A DNA stretch of 64,000 nt from Podarcis filfolensis (lineage: Eukaryota). Position 1 is the stretch's first letter. Every line of letters starts with the position of its first letter. Of this stretch, positions 60,227-64,000 are shown in pieces. The translations under genes and the position numbers were made by a program. The stretch lies in assembly GCA_964270895.1 (NCBI GenBank), contig OZ185448.1; one strand, 5' to 3'. The notes beneath the pieces were generated by a model, which was not told the DNA's origin, did not search any database, and saw nothing but the letters and a program-made list of their open reading frames with translations.

Positions 60227-60521
60227 GTCGTGAGCCCTACCATCAGCTCCCCTGTGTGTCAGGAGCAGCTGATAGAGGCCGGGAAGCTGGTGGATCGTTC
60301 TGTGGAAAACTGTGTCCGAGCCTGCCAGGCGGCCACAGACGACTCCGAGCTGCTCAAGCAGGTCAGCGCAGCCGCCAGTGTGGTGAGCCAAGCCTTGAAC
60401 GATCTCCTGCAGCACGTCCGCCAGTTCGCCAGCCGGGGGGAGCCCATTGGGCGCTACGACCAGGCCACCGACACCATCATGTGTGTCACCGAGAGCATCT
60501 TCAGTTCCATGGGGGACGCTG
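60227..60521 (+). CDS. TLN2: TLN2 coding exon 18 (R2/R3)
   Basis: tttacag|GTC...GCTG|gtaagc; VVSPTISSPVCQEQLIEAGK...YDQATDTIMCVTESIFSSMGDA; 295 nt. Confidence 0.97.
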
Positions 60522-60572
60522 GTAAGCTGCTTGAATGTGGCAGGTCAGCCTTGATTGGGGCCAAAGGGGTGG

Positions 60573-60835
60573 GGGGTTAGTTTTCGTATTGCTCTTGACC
60601 TCCCTTGCAAGGTTGTTGTACGGATTATATACAGTGCTATCTAAGTGCCTGGCGTTGTTATTGTTTCCGATATTTGTAGATTGCCATTCACCATTATAGA
60701 ACAGTAATAAAATGATGTCTCGGTCAATAAAAGACCACAGGTAAGAAGGTGAAGTTGACCTAGTACAACTTACTTAAAATGCCTGCTAGAATACAAGTAT
60801 TGTATGCACACAGTGATAAATACTGTATATACAGC
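60573..60835 (+). repeat. Unclassified ~260-bp dispersed repeat, copy 2
   Basis: Colinear with 28960-29222. Confidence 0.8.
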
Positions 60836-61389
60836 ACTTAATGAGTATAAAGTCCCGAGTAGTGTTTGTTACAGTACATTCAGGAACATTATTTATTTGG
60901 AAATGCTACATCCCTGTCCTTCGGGAAATAGATACACGCTCAAAGAACTTACGAAGAGCCCTGCAGCTGGATCCGACTGTGCTTTCCACTGTGGCCCACA
61001 AGGTGTCATTATGGGGAGCCCCCAGTAGGACCCAAACAAATGAACAGGGCCTCTCCCCACTTGTGATTCCTCCCAGCAAGTGATATTTGGAGGCGATACC
61101 TGGAAGTAGTACAAAACCACTTGCCACCAATAGCTTCAAGAATTTGTCTGGTCCTCTTTTAAGGTTATTGCTACACAGCCCATGTGAAGGAGCACCTCCT
61201 TTCATCCTCCTTAAATCTTCCAACATTTGGCTTCCTTGGGTGGTCCCAGCTGGGTCCAAGAGAGGGAGAAAATATAGCATGCCTAGAATGGTGAAAGATT
61301 GAGTAACGGTCAGATATTTGTTAATATGAAAATCAAAACTTTGCACAATCTAAACGGAAATGAAAGGTTCCTGTCATGGCAAGTTGATT

Positions 61390-61735
61390 TGATGGGAGGT
61401 TTACGAGCTCTTGGGAGGTTCTTGTGAAGAGCCACACCGTCAGATGGGGATGCCTCCAGGTGGTGCTGCCACAGCCTGTGGAGGTAGGGCCTTTTCTGTG
61501 GTGGCCCACCTTTTCCCTGGGATTGTTTCCCCTCAGAGCACAGTCTGGCCCTGCCCCGGGTGACATCTTGGCACACTCTTGCATTCCCATGCCTTAGCTG
61601 GAGTTTCGTTTAGGTGCTTCTAATTCACTTCTCTCTGCCTAAGTTATTAGTTGCGTTTTCATCTTATCATGGCAACACTTTGTGTTTGCACCTATAGATG
61701 TTTCCTTGTAATGTAAAGACGGTTGTGAGGAGGGG
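61390..61735 (+). mobile_element. Old L2 3' fragment
   Basis: agggccttttctgtggtggcccacc (RAFSVVAP) and tail ttgtaatgtaaagacggttgtgag. Confidence 0.55.
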
Positions 61736-61922
61736 CTACAAAAATGTTTTCATAAACAAATAGATATGACTAAAACAGCCTGTGGTGCTTTTCAAATGTG
61801 TTCCAAACATCCCATCACGATGGTCACAAGAGTTGGTCAGGAAGGACAGGGATGTGTCTGAACTGAACACTGAGGGATAAAGGAGAGATAAAAAGCAGAT
61901 TTTTAACTCAATACTGTTGTAG

Positions 61923-62089
61923 GTGAAATGGTACGGCAGGCCAGGGTCCTCGCTCAAGCAACTTCGGATCTTGTGAACGCTATGAGGTCGGATGCTGAGG
62001 CAGAGATAGACATGGAAAACTCCAAGAAACTTCTGGCAGCTGCAAAACTTCTGGCTGACTCAACAGCCCGGATGGTTGAAGCTGCAAAG
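61923..62089 (+). CDS. TLN2: TLN2 coding exon 19 (R3)
   Basis: gttgtag|GTGAA...AAG|gtactc; GEMVRQARVLAQATSDLVNAMRSDAEAEIDMENSKKLLAAAKLLADSTARMVEAAK; 167 nt. Confidence 0.97.
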
Positions 62090-62282
62090 GTACTCAGCAC
62101 AATTTGCCAGGTTGAAGGGGAATTATGGATTGATGAATTAGAGGGATGGCTGGATTAGATAGATATATACATTTAGATGACATTCGCATGCAGCATCTAA
62201 GTAGAAATCCCTGCAAAACATTAACTGGTTTGAAGCAGAGCATCAGAAGTGTTCCTTTTCAATACTGTAAGCGGCAGCACTT

Positions 62283-62286
<4 letters not shown>

Positions 62287-62330
<44 letters not shown>
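62287..62330. repeat. (CT)22 microsatellite
   Basis: Directly visible; ends 41 nt upstream of the exon 20 acceptor. Confidence 0.98.
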
Positions 62331-62335
<5 letters not shown>

Positions 62336-62371
62336 TTCCTCTGTGTATGTGCATGTGATCAATTCTGCCAG

Positions 62372-62500
62372 GGAGCTGCCGCAAACCCAGACAATGAGGA
62401 CCAGCAGCAGAGGCTCCGTGAAGCAGCTGAAGGTCTGCGAGTGGCCACCAATGCAGCCGCTCAGAATGCCATCAAGAAGAAAATTGTCAATAGATTAGAG
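62372..62500 (+). CDS. TLN2: TLN2 coding exon 20 (R3/R4)
   Basis: ctgccag|GGA...GAG|gtcaga; GAAANPDNEDQQQRLREAAEGLRVATNAAAQNAIKKKIVNRLE; 129 nt. Confidence 0.97.
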
Positions 62501-63331
62501 GTCAGAATACAGCCTGGGAACCTCTTCTTGTTTACCTTTCCCAATCAGGAACATCACAACATTCACCAGCCTGGTGGCCTCCAGATGTGTTTGACTACAA
62601 CTGCAGACTGTGGGGCTGATGAGGCCTCCACCCTTTCCCGCTTGACCTGTGGGGCTGTTTTGACCACCCTCTGAAGTGTTCCTTTGCAGCCATGCATTTA
62701 CATTTACTGTACCTGTCATGTGGCATCAGGTGATTGACAGGTGGAGGGCTGGCCGCTTTCAGATCTGGCTCTGACCAAATGTGGTTGCCCACCTGTGAAC
62801 TACAAATCACATCAGCTTCAGCCGTGATGGGCTGAAGGGGCACCATGTTGGCGAAGGTGTGCTCCAACGTAGCCTGGAGGGCAGAGAAAAAAGCATTTTG
62901 TTTTCCTGCCCAGCTGACAAAATCACCCTCTCTTATCCACTGCAAGACTTTTATGCAGGTGTAGACAGACTTCAGGCTGATGGGATCTACTTTGTTCCTG
63001 AGTATAACCCCTAAATCCACCACAGGCAGCCAGGTGCAAAACAGTTGCAAAGGGGAGCTAATATATACTTATAATTAAGGGAGGGTGACTTCAAGCAAAT
63101 GGTCAGCCCAGCATTTATTTTTTTTCAATAACAGACTTCCTGTCCTTTTGCACACAAATAAACGCCTCCAGATGTTTCTTCATTTTGACAAGTAAATATA
63201 AGTATGCATACATGTTGCAAGACAGAAACTTACAGGTGTGTTTATAGAAACTGATCTGCAGCAAATCACAGATTTTCCCATTGCCCTCAGTCTCTCTTAC
63301 CCTCTGCTTAATTGCATTTCCTTTTTTCCAG

Positions 63332-63445
63332 GTTGCTGCTAAGCAAGCAGCAGCAGCTGCAACTCAGACCATTGCAGCCTCACAGAACGCAGCCATTTCA
63401 AATAAGAACACGGCAGCCCACCAGCAACTTGTCCAGAGCTGTAAG
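63332..63445 (+). CDS. TLN2: TLN2 coding exon 21 (R4)
   Basis: ttttccag|GTT...AAG|gtaagc; VAAKQAAAAATQTIAASQNAAISNKNTAAHQQLVQSCK; 114 nt, cumulative 2877 nt. Confidence 0.97.
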
Positions 63446-64000
63446 GTAAGCTAGCTTGAGATGGCAAAATACTCTTAAGCACCACTTTCCTCCTCCCCAA
63501 CCAGAATGACCAGCGCTCATCGATGATGGGAGTTGGAGTTCAGCAACATTTTTTAAAGGGCCACAGTTTCCCCATCCCTGGTCTAAGGGAATCAGGGCAA
63601 GAGGGCGCTGCCTAGGCCAGTCTTCCCCCAACCTGGTGTCCTCTCCGTGTTTTGGACTGCAACTCCTATCATCCCTGGCCAGCGCTGGTTGGAAAAAGCT
63701 GGCTTAAGCTGAACTAGGAGTGACATCTGCACAACTTTGGTTCTTGATTCACAACTGAGCATGGACACTGTTTTTTCCCTTGCTGCTCAGTAACCACAAC
63801 CTCACACCATTGTTTGTACCGTGTGTAAATTTATGCACACCTAATAGGTGAATCCAGTTAATCCACCAAGGTTTCTTTAACTGAGTGAATAGCCCTATTT
63901 CTGAGTTTTCTCATCCATTCTCCAACCTTGAAGCATGACAGACAATTCCATGGATTTCTGCATGCAACAGACGTGGAAACAAGTCTCATCTTCAGGGCCA

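Larger units (their letters stand above)
13793..63445 (+). other. TLN2: Talin-2 gene, 5' portion (21 coding exons, codons 1-959; gene continues past the window end)
   Basis: Manually spliced exons give an uninterrupted frame MVALSLKICIRQCNVVKTMQFEPSTAVYDACRVIRERVPEAQTGQ...QLVQSCK, and all introns are GT-AG with consistent phases. Talin-2 rather than talin-1 diagnostics: ERVPEAQTGQ, HSRTFREQG, GITKESVMR (S339), WPLTTVKRW, DFGEYQES. Confidence 0.97.

Noticed and set aside
13829-63445. Calling the gene TLN1
   Set aside because: Diagnostic residues (ERVPEAQTGQ, S339, WPLTTVK, DFGEYQES, SRVWVQNKVDESKH) and the large introns match talin-2.
1-64000. The TLN2-intronic miR-190 hairpin
   Set aside because: No TGATATGTTTGATATATTAGGT-like sequence was seen; in mammals it lies in a far 3' intron, beyond this window.
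1-64000. CRISPR arrays or prokaryotic systems
   Set aside because: This is a spliced vertebrate locus; the recurring short motifs are dispersed transposon copies, not regularly spaced repeat-spacer arrays.

Overview
Vertebrate (squamate, most likely lacertid lizard) genomic DNA. The window holds the 5' part of the talin-2 gene (TLN2) on the + strand. There are 21 GT-AG coding exons from the ATG at 13829 to 63445. They splice into a continuous 2877-nt, 959-codon frame covering FERM F0-F3, the linker, rod R1-R3 and the start of R4; the gene continues beyond the window. The introns are dense with reptile transposons: Tc1/mariner-type and hAT-type MITEs, Sauria SINEs, a second tRNA-headed SINE, CR1, L2 and RTE fragments, and L1 copies. 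The most striking structure is in intron 8. An antisense, 5'-truncated L1 with an intact reading frame carries a ~322-bp apparently 3'-transduced segment that has its own AATAAA and poly(A), and the whole unit is bracketed by a perfect 22-bp target-site duplication. A second young L1, in sense orientation, sits inside an L2 (10-bp TSD), brings a strong cryptic splice acceptor plus a poly(A) signal, and could truncate talin-2. Other leads are a candidate 5'-UTR exon with a uORF, a foldback MITE palindrome, pre-miRNA-like MITE hairpins, an intragenic CpG-rich element and strong exon-to-exon GC3 mosaicism. All coordinates were read by hand; repeat family names come from recognition of sequence hallmarks, not from database searches.
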